Shown here: piece by piece, positions 42,064 through 55,069 of the stretch | Layout of the letters: each line of letters opens with the position of its first letter | How positions within the stretch are numbered: the first letter of the stretch is position 1 | Origin: Callorhinchus milii | Taxonomy: Eukaryota | Direction: 5' to 3' | Length of the DNA: 64,000 nt | Assembly: GCF_018977255.1 (NCBI RefSeq) | Contig: NW_024704743.1 | Span: 115,446,001 to 115,510,000, forward strand | The notes under the pieces: model-generated | The model's input: only the letters and a program-made list of their open reading frames with translations | Databases searched by the model: none | What the model was told of the DNA's origin: nothing | Position numbers and translations under genes: made by a program

Positions 42064-45000
42064 GTGAGTATGGGATGTTAACAGTTGTAACTGCAGATTT
42101 GTGCTTTCAAATTCCCATTTGTGTGTTCAGTTCACAGTACTAATAAGTTGGCTGTACAGAGATATTAATTGAATGTGACAACTGCCCAGCTTCCACAGGG
42201 ATCTGATCCAATTCAAATAAGTTTTTCATTTCCAAAGATTTTTCTTCCACTGCTCCAATGATTTTTTTTTCTAGTCGACAAGACGTGCACATGCACGCAC
42301 TGACATGTTTTTCATGTGTCTCCACTCAGTGAAGATATCTAGGACATACAAGGGTCAATATGTATTTTCTAAGTTACTTGTGCATGATCACCTATCAACA
42401 AAAATACTCTGGTTCTGATTGTGGAAGCCACAAAGAACTCAAACACCACAGTTGATCCCCACACTCCCACCTCCTCTATTCCTTGTGTCTAGCCTCCTCC
42501 TGTAGGTGTGCTGTTCTATGTAAGATAGCTGGCCTCCAGTACCCCACCCAGCATGTGACCATTATTCATGAGTCTTGGCAGTGAGTGTTCGGAGGCTACT
42601 TGACAAGAAAAACAAAGACTAGATATTGGCAGCTAATTAACACTGCTAATAATAATAATAATCCTTGAATTTGAGAGGCAACCTAAAAAAAAGATAGACT
42701 ACTATTTCAGACGTACTGCTTCAGCAAAATCTGAGTTCTGATCTTTCAGGCATGATTCCTTCAATGCACCATTCTCTTTTGAATGCTGATTGACTTCTTA
42801 GGGAATACCAGTTTGTTTTTGTTCCTGATTTCTAGTAGGTGTAATTTCTGCTTCCTGCATGTGTTTTAACAGTAGAGAACCTTATTTTAAATTCAAAGTA
42901 CAGTATCTACTCAGATTGATTGTGTTACAAGTATTTGGGTGGTTTTGATTTCCATATTTAATCAGATGACAAGATTTTCACAATCCCTGCTGCCAGGGGA
43001 AAAGCGTAAGCCAAGTCCTGGAGCTGATCTGAGCAATGTTGGGATTGTTTCCAGTTTCAATTTTCCGAATGCACCATAGCCAGATTAGTCATTTATTTAA
43101 AATGCCACAGCAATTTGCATACCACAGTGTTGTACAGATTACTGGTTATCACTTTAAAAATCTTTACTGTCAAAATGTAAATTGGAATTAATGTTAATGG
43201 AGATTTACTTTCAACAAATCGGAAATCCGATATTGTGGAGAATATCTTGCTAATAATCATCTATTATGTTTGTTTTGTAGTGTTTTTCAAAATTGTCCAA
43301 ATTAATCTGAAATTTCATTTTGGCTAAATTTTTAGCACTCTCATCCTCAAGTCAGAAGGTTGTGAGTTCAGGGTCTGTGGAGTAGTGGTTAGCATGCTCG
43401 CCTCGCAAGCGAGAGGACCTCAGGCAAGTTTCCTTACTCCACAGGCTTCTGTTTACCTAACAGTAAGTAGGAACCCGGTTGACTTTGGATGAGATGTTAA
43501 ACCAAGTTCCCGATTGCTTATACACATGGATCTTAATTTGTAGATTTGCTGTGTGCAAATTACCTGCTACATTAGCCTGCAAATAAAATTATTTTTGAGA
43601 TGTCTCGAAGACATGATAAGGTGCTATAACAAATGCAAATACACAGCTACCATACATAACAGTAACTCCTGTAAAGTTCTTTGAGATGTTTGAGATGTTT
43701 CCACATTCGGCGCTATATGATGATCCAAATGATTCTAATTATTTTAAGCAATAAATAGCCTCATTTGCTGTTTCAGTTCATTTTGCTATTTACATTTTAA
43801 CTGTCATAAAGAAGTCTTAATGGTATAAGAAATCATATCATTCAGAGGATCTGTAATGTGTTACAATTTGATTTAAATTACTTTATGTGAAGGAATGGGA
43901 ATTGTGAGTTTTTGCAAAAATAGTTATGCAAATTGAAAGGTCTTTCAACTGGTGAAAGTTTGCAAAATGGTATAGGTTTGAATGCATATACCTGTATATT
44001 TTACCGGGAATGTACAATATGGAATTGTGAGCAAAACATTTTATTAACAGTGTATTACATCTAGATGTATATATTGACTCTCATTCTTCAATAATGTTTA
44101 AGAAATAAGATGTTTTTTTAATTGAGTATTTGACTCTGCCCACTGATTTATGTTTTATCATATTTCCTAAATGTTATCCTTCATGAGCAGAATTTCAAAC
44201 CATGGTCTCCACTCAAGCAAATTTCTAGTTTGATGTACTAACACATTTGAGGCACAGTATTGTTTATAACACAAATTGATTATGAGATGTGTGAGATTGT
44301 TTGAAAAGATATTCCTCCCAATACGTAGTGGGACATTTTTAACAACAGTTCAAAAAGCCTGAATGTTGTTTGCCTGGCATTTTTCATATGCCATACAGAT
44401 ATACCCATATTCCAATAGATGTTGGCCTATCAGAGGATTCATTTTCTGTCAGCTTAATGCAATAAATTGTAAGTTTTTATATAGATATATATATTTTAAC
44501 TTAAGGGTTAAATGAACAGTAGACTTTAAAAAAATTAACATTCATTAATCATACATTAACAACGTGATAAGGCACTATAATCAAATGCACGGATTATTAT
44601 TATTTTTACATAAAAAATAGAATTGAAAGGACGGCATTCAACCTGCAGGGCAAAAGGAGGGCATTCAGTCTGATATGATGCTGTTCTCTGATCCAAAGAA
44701 TTAGATGCTGCATTATGAAGGGTCAACAAAAATTATGGGTGACACACATTTAGGTTGTTGCCAATGTCGCTTCCTGAGCATTGTATGTCTATATTAGGTG
44801 GTCATGTTGAGGCACAATGATGAGGAATTGAGCACTTTCCCATTTCAGTGCGAGGACCAAGTGTTACAAGTCCAGCAAATGCAGAACCTCCTTCCTATCT
44901 GTCAAAAAGGTATTATGATTTGAACTCCCAGCAAGAAAGGCCGAGTGCACCAATGGGATATTTCCAGCAGTACGTATCCTGATGTACATGAGTGGAAATT

Positions 45001-46456
45001 GGCAATTAAAATTGGTGTAAATTAGTGCCAAGTTACGGAATAATTGTGTTGAATGTTGCACGACCATGGGCGCTGGATTCAGACTGCCAGTTCTAATTTG
45101 TGTAATGGAACCCCAATTATCCACCTTTTTATGCAGTAGTAGGTTCATAGCATCGTGGAAAGATTTGGTACAGAGAACTAGATTTTCTTTTTTTTCTTTT
45201 TATCTTCTGCCTATAAAGGAATGTTTTTTGTCATGTGGGGACCTGCTATTTTTAGTTTCTGCAGCCCTTCCGAGCAGTGCAAATGACCTAAATTTATGGA
45301 GGCGAGTAAAACAATCCTTCCAATGAGGTTACATTGATTTTAACAGGACTGCTTTCAAGGTGAATTGGGAGTACTGGCTGAGTGTGTATCAGTACTCAGT
45401 AGTTAATAATTTTTCCTCACTGAGACAATGCTGGATCAAGGCCAGGCCCATCTGAAACAGCAGCTCAAATTAAAATCAGTGAAGTCGCTGAAGGAGACCA
45501 GCAGGTTACACCCAAACTTTTGTCTGGTTTCCTCATTTGTGCCAAAATACGTTTTCTCTCAATTCTATAAAGTCCACATCAGTCAAGTACTTAAATAGCA
45601 CTCCATATCTGAGAGCTCCTCCAGCCCACTTCTCCTACTTGAGGTGAGAAGACAAAGAATTCTTACTTTCTGACGGTTGATGTTTGATTACACACACAAA
45701 AACCTCTCCCTTAAAAATCTTTCTTGTTTCATTTTATCTGTACTGTTGCAGTCATTGTTTATGAATGTCCCTTTCACTTTTCTAATGTATTTTTCTCGCT
45801 CAGTTGAAATTGAGGCTCATTGCTCCTAGTCAGTATTTGTCAGGACCTCAAAACTGCAGTTTAAAAAAAATTTGTATTTTTTTGCACTAAACCAAATATA
45901 CAGATTATTATTATCCATTGAGATGGATTGTGAACTGGTTAACATGGTTAACTGGCCATGCTTTCAGATACTGTGCCCTGAAGGTTTGCAACTCTCTTCT
46001 CTGCATCTCTCTGCCTTGCCCCTTCTACCTCCCTCGCAGTTCGGCATCTTGGTCCACCACGTTAAACACTCCAGGCACTGCCCTGCCATGAAGGGCGCTA
46101 TAAAATGCAAGTTTTTTTAATAAGCATGAGCATCATAAAGGGACTACATTATCAATGTTTATTAGTTCTTCCATTTCTTGGCTCTATTTAACAAGCTTTG
46201 TGTTCCATTCATATGTAGAATGTTAATGCGGTTGTGTTTTATTGAGCCCTTGGTTTACAGTGAAAGTGAAGTTGTGTTTGAACTGCAATTGCACTATTTG
46301 TGTATGGACATAAAGTCATTTAAAAGTAGGTGAAATCATTTTAAGGTTAAATGTTTGTTTCAATAATTTTTTTGTTAACAACAAAATATTTACAATATTT
46401 TCTTAGTATTGAAAGCGAATGCATAGGCAAAGAAAATGTTATCTGCTTAAGAATTA

Positions 46457-46510
46457 TGTTCTCTAAAGAATAATTGGAGTCCTAGAATTCCAGTTATACT
46501 TTAGAGAATA
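46457..46510. repeat. ~54-bp imperfect palindrome centred on CTAG
   Basis: ttctctaaagaataattggag ... ttccagttatactttagagaa. Confidence 0.8.
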
Positions 46511-47659
46511 CAAACCTTCTTTCTTCTAGTTTATGCAGGTGATACACATTATGCAGAATGTAAACTAGCCTGAAGCTATACGACAACCAGATGCCAAATT
46601 GCCATTTTTTTCATATAATAATACTCTCAGATTAAATGGACTTTTGAAAAGGACAAGTGCAATTTCACCAGCAGTGTCTTTATCATTCATTACAAAAAGG
46701 TTTTAGGGAAATATATTTGTTCACTACCTTGTATATGCAGTGTTTGTGGGAATTGTTACTGCAAATTATTTTCTCTGTTTTGTAGTGCCGCCATTGAGCC
46801 AATTGATCTTAAATAACTTGGGGCTTTTTGCAGTAATTGATGACTGAAAATATAGTCATTGCGGAAAGTGCAGGCATAGTGTTCAAAGTTTAATATGATT
46901 TGGTTGAATTGAAAACATGGTAATGCAGACAATGTTGCATTGGGAAAGATAATCCATCCTGCTGTAATAGCAATGTGAAGATGATTTTACACGATGAGCC
47001 ATGATAAAATATACATGTTTCAAAGATACATAATATACAAGTTTAACATTGTTGTGTTTCAGCAGGAAAATAGTTGAAAACAGTAAATTAATTAAGTATA
47101 AATGACATTTTATTTGTTATTAATTTGGCATCAAACTATCAAATGATTTTCATTTATGGAAAAATAATTATCTTGGAAGTTTTGCCACCTATTTACTGTT
47201 TCTCCTTATTTCTCTGATCCTTGAAAAAAAATCATTATAATATTTTGAACAGTTGCTTGGTTGTGTTTACTATTCAGCTGTCTGTCTACCCAGATGAATG
47301 ATTTATTAGTCGTACGCTGACAAACTGTCTGGCTGTAAGTAATGAGTAATGTTTTCTATTTCCTTGATAACTTGGTCTGTTATTTACAGATGAAGAGTCA
47401 GTGAAATAATCTATGAGAAAAGTGATAGCACTGAGCTGCTTTTTTTTAAGAAAAAGCAGCAACTTAATTGGGGTCAGCACCTTGTGACTCGAGCAGCATC
47501 TAAACTATGTTGTCTTACTTGTGCCTACAGGGTTATACCTGCTTGTATCTGGGGTGGGGTAGTTTTCTCTGAAACTCAAAGGACCAGTTGAACTGAATAT
47601 AGTGCCTTGAGACTGTTGCACCTGGACCTTTGAGATACAAGTATACCTACTTAAAAACA

Positions 47660-48560
47660 TAAAAACGCTAGATGAAAAAAGACCAAGGTCCATCTAGTTT
47701 GCCTTCCACCTTCCTGGCAGTCACATGCACATATGTCCCGAACTAACTGTACTATATCCCATAATGTTATTTCCTAAAAGAAAACAATTAATCTGTGTTT
47801 GAAGGAATCAACATTTTCTGCTTCAACCGTCTCCTGAGGGAGACTGTTACACAGGTTTACTGTCCGCTCACTGAAATAATTTTTCCATAGATTTGTTATA
47901 ATAAATAATAATAATCCTTGCATTTGATATAGCGTTTTTCACGTCTTCGAGACTCCCTAAAGCTCTTCACAGAATATACTGTAAAGCGAATTGAATGTAT
48001 ACTTGTGAGCAAAATGCGGCAGCCAATTGCACACAGCAGTGTCCCACAAACAGTTGTGGATTGAGTGACCAAATCACTATTGTTCTTTTTTGAAGGATTA
48101 TTATCCCCAGAAAAGCAATCCGCCAATCGACTAACAAACAGGTTCCTACTTACTGCTAGTTAAACAGAGGCATGTGAAGTAAGCAAACTTGCCCAACATT
48201 TCACCCTGCCGGGAATTAAACCCAGGTCTCTTGCTTGCGAGGCGAGTGCGCTAACCTCTGATCTATAGGACTCATAGATTTGTTCTGAATTTACCCACTT
48301 CAATTGCAGGCCATGTCCTCTGGTTTTACTCTTCTGGATTGGTTGAAACAGCCTGTCATGATCTATATGGTCTAGCCTCTTTAGAATTTTAAAGACAGCA
48401 ATCATATCTCCTATCAGTCTTCTCTTTTCCACCATGAACATGCCCAATTTACTTAGTTTCTCCTCATAGTCCAGTCCCTCATAATCTTTATTGGTGTCTA
48501 TGCTATTCTCTGAACAATAGCATCATCTCTGGCTGCTGCATGGTCTCCAACACACTGCTA
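47660..48560 (-). mobile_element. CR1 3' fragment interrupted by a SINE
   Basis: EKRRLIGDMIAVFKILK...KTRGH reading; SINE inserted at 47898-48272. Confidence 0.75.
47898..48272 (-). mobile_element. tRNA-headed SINE, long subfamily, with 12-bp TSD
   Basis: catagatttgtt at 47886-47897 and 48273-48284. Confidence 0.92.
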
Positions 48561-50590
48561 AAACTGTCTCTAAGAAGCTCTTTCTGCCAGAAACTAAGTT
48601 CCCTTTAGAATTACTCAACATGCTGGTGTCCCCCTGGCTCAGTTGATAACACTACTACATCTGGATCAGTAGGTTGTGTGTTCAAGCCCCATGTTGTACT
48701 TGGAGCTTAGTCTAGCTGACAGTCCAGTACAGTCCTGTGTGTCTGTGTGGGGAGGATGTATTATCAGAGGTAGTGTCCTTTGGATGAAATGATGAAATAA
48801 AATAACGGCTGTCTGTTCAGGTGACTGATTAAGATGCCGTGGTATTATAGCTATGTGCAAATTGGCTGCTGCATTTAACTACACTTTGTAGCAGTTCCCT
48901 GCAGAGTGCTTTGCCCCCACACATTGAGGTTCGTCAAGCACCTGCCACATGCTCCTGGATGAGTTGCTTTTTCTTTGAGCCTTCAACCTCATTCATCACA
49001 GCACCCGTACTTGTTTTTGTGTTGCTGATCTGAAATTTGCTTCTTTCTCCTAAACTCCAAATAAGTTGACCATCTTCTTTCTCCTTCCTGAATCTTCAAT
49101 GAGTGGAACTCCTGACACATTTGTTTCCAGAAGCTTAAAAAGTAAAACCTTTTTCACTCCTACTTTAATCCTGCAAAAAAGTGTTCTGGTGCCTCTCCTC
49201 TGATCTCTTCTTTCACTCTTAGTGGCGTCTTCCACTATGGACCCTTTAGTTAAGTTTCTCAGTTTTTAAAAAAATATGCTTGAGGCTTCACACCATGGCA
49301 TGAGACTGATGGATCAAATAACTTCCTCATGCCACTGCTGACTCCCATTGTTAACATTGTTTTTGATTATAATTTTTGAACCCTGTAATCGTTTCTCAAA
49401 CATTACAGATTATACAGGTTTTTAAAAAAAGTTAATTGACCAATTGGGTTTTTATAACATGTGAACGAGCCTGATCCTAAACCTGAATGTCACTGTGCAG
49501 TAAAAACAGGGTAGAGTGCACTTGTAGAGCACACCTCCCCCCCAACCACACAACCGTTGCAGTTGAGATTGGTCTCTCCACATCACATGGTCTATTTACC
49601 CATGCAATGACCAATGAAGTTTGATCCACCTTTTAAAAATATTCCAAGCTTAACAAAAATCGACTTGCCAATAATGCCTTTATATCAAGATTAAAAAATA
49701 TCAATTTATGGTGGTAACAGCTAGGAATGGTTGATGCTTATTGAATGCATCCACAGCTCCTTATCAGTTGCTGTTACGGATTTTGTATATAAATTTTTAT
49801 AACTTCCAAATGTGCATGTAAGTATACTGTATGGGAATTGGGCAAATGGGTAAAGCTGATAATCTGCAGTGATGTGTAAGATAAAAGCTTCATAGTTCCA
49901 TTAATAGCATTATGGAAGGTTATAATAGTTTAAAAACTGGGGACCAGAGTAGAAGTGGATATGGTGGATGTTTGGATCTTTCATTGAGAACTAAATTAGC
50001 ACTGACTATTTGCTCATAAGAGATTTAAAATTGAAATTTGGAAGTGAGGAGAGAAACTCATCTTAGTATTGATGAAGTTTAGAGGCATATAGACTTTGGG
50101 GAAATGTGTTCTTGTAACATTTTCCCCATCGCTTTTTATTCCATTTATTTCTAAATGGCGTATGTTGAAGAAGCAGTAAGTAAACTTCTTATTCTACACT
50201 TCAATTTCTCTTTGAGTGTGGATATATGTTGCTTCCCGCTACTTTGTATCGTGTTGAGAATTTTGAGGAGTCGTGAGGATCAGTTTTTATTCAATCAGTG
50301 AATGTTGGATGCACATTTAAACACCAACCTGTTATTTTGATTTAGTCATGATGTACAGAATATTTAAAGTACATGTAATATATTAATTTGTAAATTATAG
50401 CTTTTTTCCCAATGGATTCGCACAAGCAAATCTAATTGAAAGACTTGATTTAAAGACCATGAAAAATCCCTGATTTCCACATTTTCTGTTTTATCTCTCC
50501 TGCTGATCAATATCATGTTAATGGGTTTATTTAAAGTCTGGTTTAATTGGAAGCACAGAACTGACTGCATCCGTTTCTTAAAAAACTTGG

Positions 50591-50632
50591 ATTCCCAGGT
50601 ACATGTGACTAATTCCCAGGTACATGTGACTA
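50591..50632. repeat. Perfect 21-bp tandem duplication
   Basis: attcccaggtacatgtgacta x2. Confidence 0.95.
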
Positions 50633-51145
50633 AAAGTGCTAAAGAATCTTACCTTTATGTACTTTTTTCTTGTAAGATAGTGCTTTGTGTTGTGTTACTG
50701 GATCTATATCACTTCTATCAGTACTGTTGCTTGGTGGCTCAGTCTGCAAGAGAGTTTATGGAATGTCCTCTCCCTTTGCAAACTCTTCTTAATACTGATG
50801 ATGTTTGACAGGCATACCATTCACAGATTTAATTTCTTTAATTTGAATTTATGTCCACTACAAGTATTTTAACTGCTTCACTTCAGGATTGGCGATTTAA
50901 AAACTTTCTTAGGAGAAATTTCAAGGCTAACAAAAGAATACGGTTTCTTATGAAAGGATTCAGTTTAAGATTTGTACTTTTTATTAGTAGAACATTGCTG
51001 GTTCCTTTTCTCGGTTGATTGAACGGAGGGTGATAAATCAGACTGTGATCGTTTTCAGCACTGATCTGTGATGGGGTGCTTAGAGGCTCCATTTTGACGT
51101 GAATGTCGATTGTCTTGCTTTACTTTCAATCTGTTACCTTTTCAG

Positions 51146-51156
51146 ACCGAGTATTG
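51146..51156 (+). other. Possible 11-nt microexon
   Basis: Good acceptor (tttcaatctgttaccttttcag) but weak donor (TG|gttaag); CTAAC/ACTAAC motifs about 90 nt downstream. Confidence 0.2.
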
Positions 51157-52764
51157 GTTAAGATTCTTTATGTGCTTGCTCCTTTGTGCCATCATTCTGT
51201 TCAGTTCTGCTTTTGTTTGTGTAAAAAAAGGGGGAAGTCCCAAACCTCTAACACTAACACGCATAACTAGTTTTGTTTTCATGTGACAAACTATGTATTA
51301 AAAACACAAGCTTTGTAATATTAGCTTCAGAGATCTAGACATTTGCTCAAATTTGCGTTGGTGCACTGTTCCCTTTAAAGTGTAGTTCCCTCGGCATTAT
51401 GCTTTTTATAGATGATAAAGCGGTTTCGAAAAACTTTTATGAAGATTATCGTAATATCTATTCATTAGACCTTTCTTCTCTGGCTGTGCTTTCCGGAAGG
51501 GCAAACTGATATAAACATATGAATTGTGCAAGATTTTGTTTTAAAAGTATTCTGATCATATTTCAAAAGTTGCATTCAAATTTTGGTTAGACAAGCACAT
51601 GAGTGCCTCGATAGTATTTAAGAAGGTTGTCATGGAAATCATTATTGTATGAATGCATTCCTATTTATCAAATTAATTATCCCTTTTGATTTGCAAAAGC
51701 AAATTTTTTTAAGATTGCATTTGTGCAAGCATATACTATAATTAATGATGGGAATTATTAATGAGTTTGGCTAATTTAACTGTGTAAAGAAGGCTTTGAG
51801 GTCAAACCCCATAATTTCAGGCATGTACCATTTTAGTGACATTCACTAGCACGTATAAACTTCCACTGTTGGATGATATTTATCAGTATTGCAGGTCAGA
51901 ATTGTAGAAATATAGTATATGGAATGAGTGAAACATTGGAGTTGACGTGGATTTGACAGTTTAAGTCTGTTGACTATCTTTGCTTCCCCAGCTAGACTAA
52001 AGAAATGGATGTTACCGTTGAGGTATCAGGAGAGAGTTTATTATAGTATTGCCCTAGTTTCTTGTCAGTGTGTGTTCAACCTCCAGTGCTGCTCTGTGTA
52101 GGTTGTGCTGAGGTTCAATGTTCTAATGGTTTTTAAAAAAAGGCAAAGCAGTATTTTTTTTAAAAAAACTGCCCTCATTGGAGATAATTTCAAATGAAAC
52201 AAAGAGAAAGAACATCTCTGTGGAGAGTGCCAGAGGCATGTCTGCAGGGGTACAGTCAATGACCTGGGTCAGATTTGCTTTGCAGCACGGCAGCAGTAGA
52301 AACCCTTCACTTTTGTAAACTGAAGTCTGCAGCTGAGATGGCGAGAGGGTGAGATTAGCATGTTAATAAGATGCTTTTCTAATCAACCCCAAATGCTGAT
52401 TGCTGGTCACGGTGATGCCTTTTAGCAGTTCGCACCAACCAGAAGGATGGTTTGGAAGTATAAGAAACATGAGAAGAATTTGAAACTTGACGGTGCTTTG
52501 GCTGTGTGATTCTTTGCTGAGGAGATCAGTGCAGCTCTACACCACTGTGGATTCTAAAATAAATAACTACTCTGAAGGAGCATGTTAAAAAAAAGAATGT
52601 TTTTTATGCTTGGACTGAACACATTCAAATGTCTTCCCAGCCCCCTGCTGGAACCCATATTAGCAGTATTGAATTGAGACATTGTATTTTGTGGCCTCGC
52701 TAGTGCACACGCTGCCAAGGCAGCAAGGCCTGTTCTAAGAAGCAGGTGCCTGCTTGCCGTCTGT

Positions 52765-52810
52765 ATGGAGCGGAGCGGCTGCAGCCCATTCCCAGTGTGC
52801 TGGGCAAAAG
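52765..52810 (+). CDS. PTK2: Alternative 5' coding exon of PTK2/FAK (N-terminal extension MERSGCSPFPVCWAK, phase-1 donor)
   Basis: ATG GAG CGG AGC GGC TGC AGC CCA TTC CCA GTG TGC TGG GCA AAA G|gtattg. It matches at 14/15 residues the peptide MEKSGCSPFPVCWAK(EYD...) I recall from extended mammalian FAK isoforms; the terminal G would start the E codon. The downstream MAAAYLDP exon is not in the window. The exon's 5' boundary is not determined. Confidence 0.75.
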
Positions 52811-53330
52811 GTATTGTTGCAATAATATTTAACGTTTGGTTATACATTTTGTTTGTTTTTAACAGTTGAATCTTTTAAGAGAAAAATCATTCTTTTGTTC
52901 TTTGATTGTATCCCAATCTGCTCACTTTGCTCTTTTGTTACACACTTGTCATTTGTAGTAAAACATTATTCCTGCAAACTTATAATATATTATAATATAA
53001 TACAATATAATATATTGATGTCAATTTTCTTAGAATTGTTTTACAAACAATATTTTAAAGGGACTGGAATTGCTTAGGATTTTGGGAGTTACTCATAATG
53101 CCTTATCTGCATTGTGTTCATTAAGTATGTTGTAGTCTATTTGCTTTGTCAGCATTTAGGACATCAAAATCAAAGCGTGGGTGTCTGAAACAGTATTGAC
53201 ACTGTCTTTGCTTGAACTGCAAACTATCTTTTTTGAATTTTCTTATGTTAAAAGGCTGAGATTTTTCAGTGTTGCATTATTGTCTAAATCTTATTACCAG
53301 GAAGTCTTTTCATGTTAAGTATGGAAGTAT

Positions 53331-53644
53331 GGAGTCCTGTAGCTCAGTGGTTAGAGCACTCGCTTTGCAAGTGAGAGACCTGAGTTCAATTCCAGGCAGG
53401 GCGAAACCTTGGGCAAGTTTCCTTACTCCACACGCCTAATAATAATCCCTTCAAAAACCAAAAACAATAATTAATTGGTCATTTTCAATCTACGACTGTT
53501 TGTGGGACATTGCTGTGCGCAATTGGCTGCCGCGTTCGCCCACAAATATACAGTCAATTCACTTTGCAGTATGTTCTGTGAAGCACTTTGGGACGTCCTC
53601 CCGACGTGAAAAGCGCTATATCAAATGCAAGGATTATTATTATT
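53331..53644 (+). mobile_element. tRNA(Ala-like)-headed SINE, short subfamily, full length
   Basis: Pol III A box (tagctcagtgg), TGC anticodon-like loop, B box (gttcaattcc), body, L2-like stem-loop tail and (att)n. Confidence 0.92.
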
Positions 53645-54286
53645 AAGTTTACTTTGAGTAGACAAGAAAAATACTTCATCCTATTTTACAGTTGCTCTTG
53701 TAGAGACTAATGTTTTAGGCATCATATAATTGCATGGATATTTCAACCTCACATGACATGTTTAAATCTTAAGTTCATATTGGCTTGCTGTTTTGTTTGA
53801 TGTACTGCAAAGAATTGTTATTTTTTTGCTTGAGAGGTGCTTGAGCTAATGTGCCTTACACAGTTCTGTTGTGCATACCCAGAAAGAGGACAAACTGACA
53901 GGTGGTGCAATATTAATAAATTTACAGGAATAGACATGGTTGTGTACACTACGTTACTGATTAAAGCAGTTGATTAAAGCAGTACAATACATGTTGACAT
54001 TTTATGGTAATCAGATTTAAGATTGGTGATCTTTTTAGATACCCCACTCTTGGTTTTCTGCGAGGCTCTGATTCCACATTTGTTGCCCACCTTGCAGTAC
54101 GTCACCCAAAGATCAGTATTTGTGAGCTGGATAGTGAATGTTGACAGGGATATTAGATCAGATGAGGCATCAAACTGTGCCTGCACTCCCAAGATTCAAT
54201 TGAAATACTATTGCCAAGACAATATTGCAAAGAGTCTTCATTTAAGGCATCATTTTAATATTTATTATTAGCACTATTTAAAATAT

Positions 54287-54640
54287 ATCCTTGCATTTAG
54301 TATAGCGCTTGTCACGTTGTTGATGTTTCAAAGCACTTCACACAATTTTACTGTGAAGTGTATCGACTGTATTTGTAGGCAAATGTGGCAGCCAATTTGC
54401 ACACAGCAATGTCCACTACAAACAGTCATGAAGTGAAATGACCAATTGTATCTGGAGGATTGTTTGCTAGGACACCGGGAGAAACTCCTCTTTTCGAATA
54501 GTGCCTTGGGATCTTTAATGTCCACTTGAACAGAACCTCGGTTTAATATCTCATCGGAAGGAAAGTCCCTCTGACAATGTGAGTTCAAAGCCCCAACATG
54601 GGATTGAACCAACAACCTTCTTATTCGGAGGTGAGAGTGT
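54287..54640 (-). mobile_element. Older Deu-type SINE, near full length
   Basis: gaatagtgccttgggatctttaatgtccac...ctcggtttaatatctcatc central block, with head and tail. Confidence 0.8.
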
Positions 54641-55069
54641 GTTATTAGACATTGAGACTTGTTGTGCGAGTATACATTTAGAGCAAAATGAAGAATAAAA
54701 ATTCTGTAAATTATCTTTTTTAACTATCAATTTTAAATTTTTCTCAGTGATTTAGGGGTAATATTAGGGGATGTGTTACAACAACAACTTGCATTTATAT
54801 AGTGGCCTTCACACTGGGTAGCGTCCCAGGGTGCTCAACAGTGGCGGAATCTGACCCTGAGCCGGGGGGAGAGGGTAGATGACTGTAAGCATGATCAAAA
54901 AGGAAGGAATTTTAAAGTGAGGAGGGAGCGTTCAAGACGACCAGTGTAAAGAAATCTAAGTGTTTTTGATAGGAAGCTGAATAGGATTTGGGTGCATTTT
55001 CGACTTAGGCAATTGTATGATTTCTAAAGATAAGACTTATGTGAGTTTTACTGTATAATGGATCTCTGT

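Noticed and set aside
53331..53403. tRNA-Ala-like gene (also at 3082, 17643, 21707, 39922 and 48272)
   Set aside because: Each copy continues into a SINE body and L2-like tail, and the acceptor stem is not intact; these are SINE heads.
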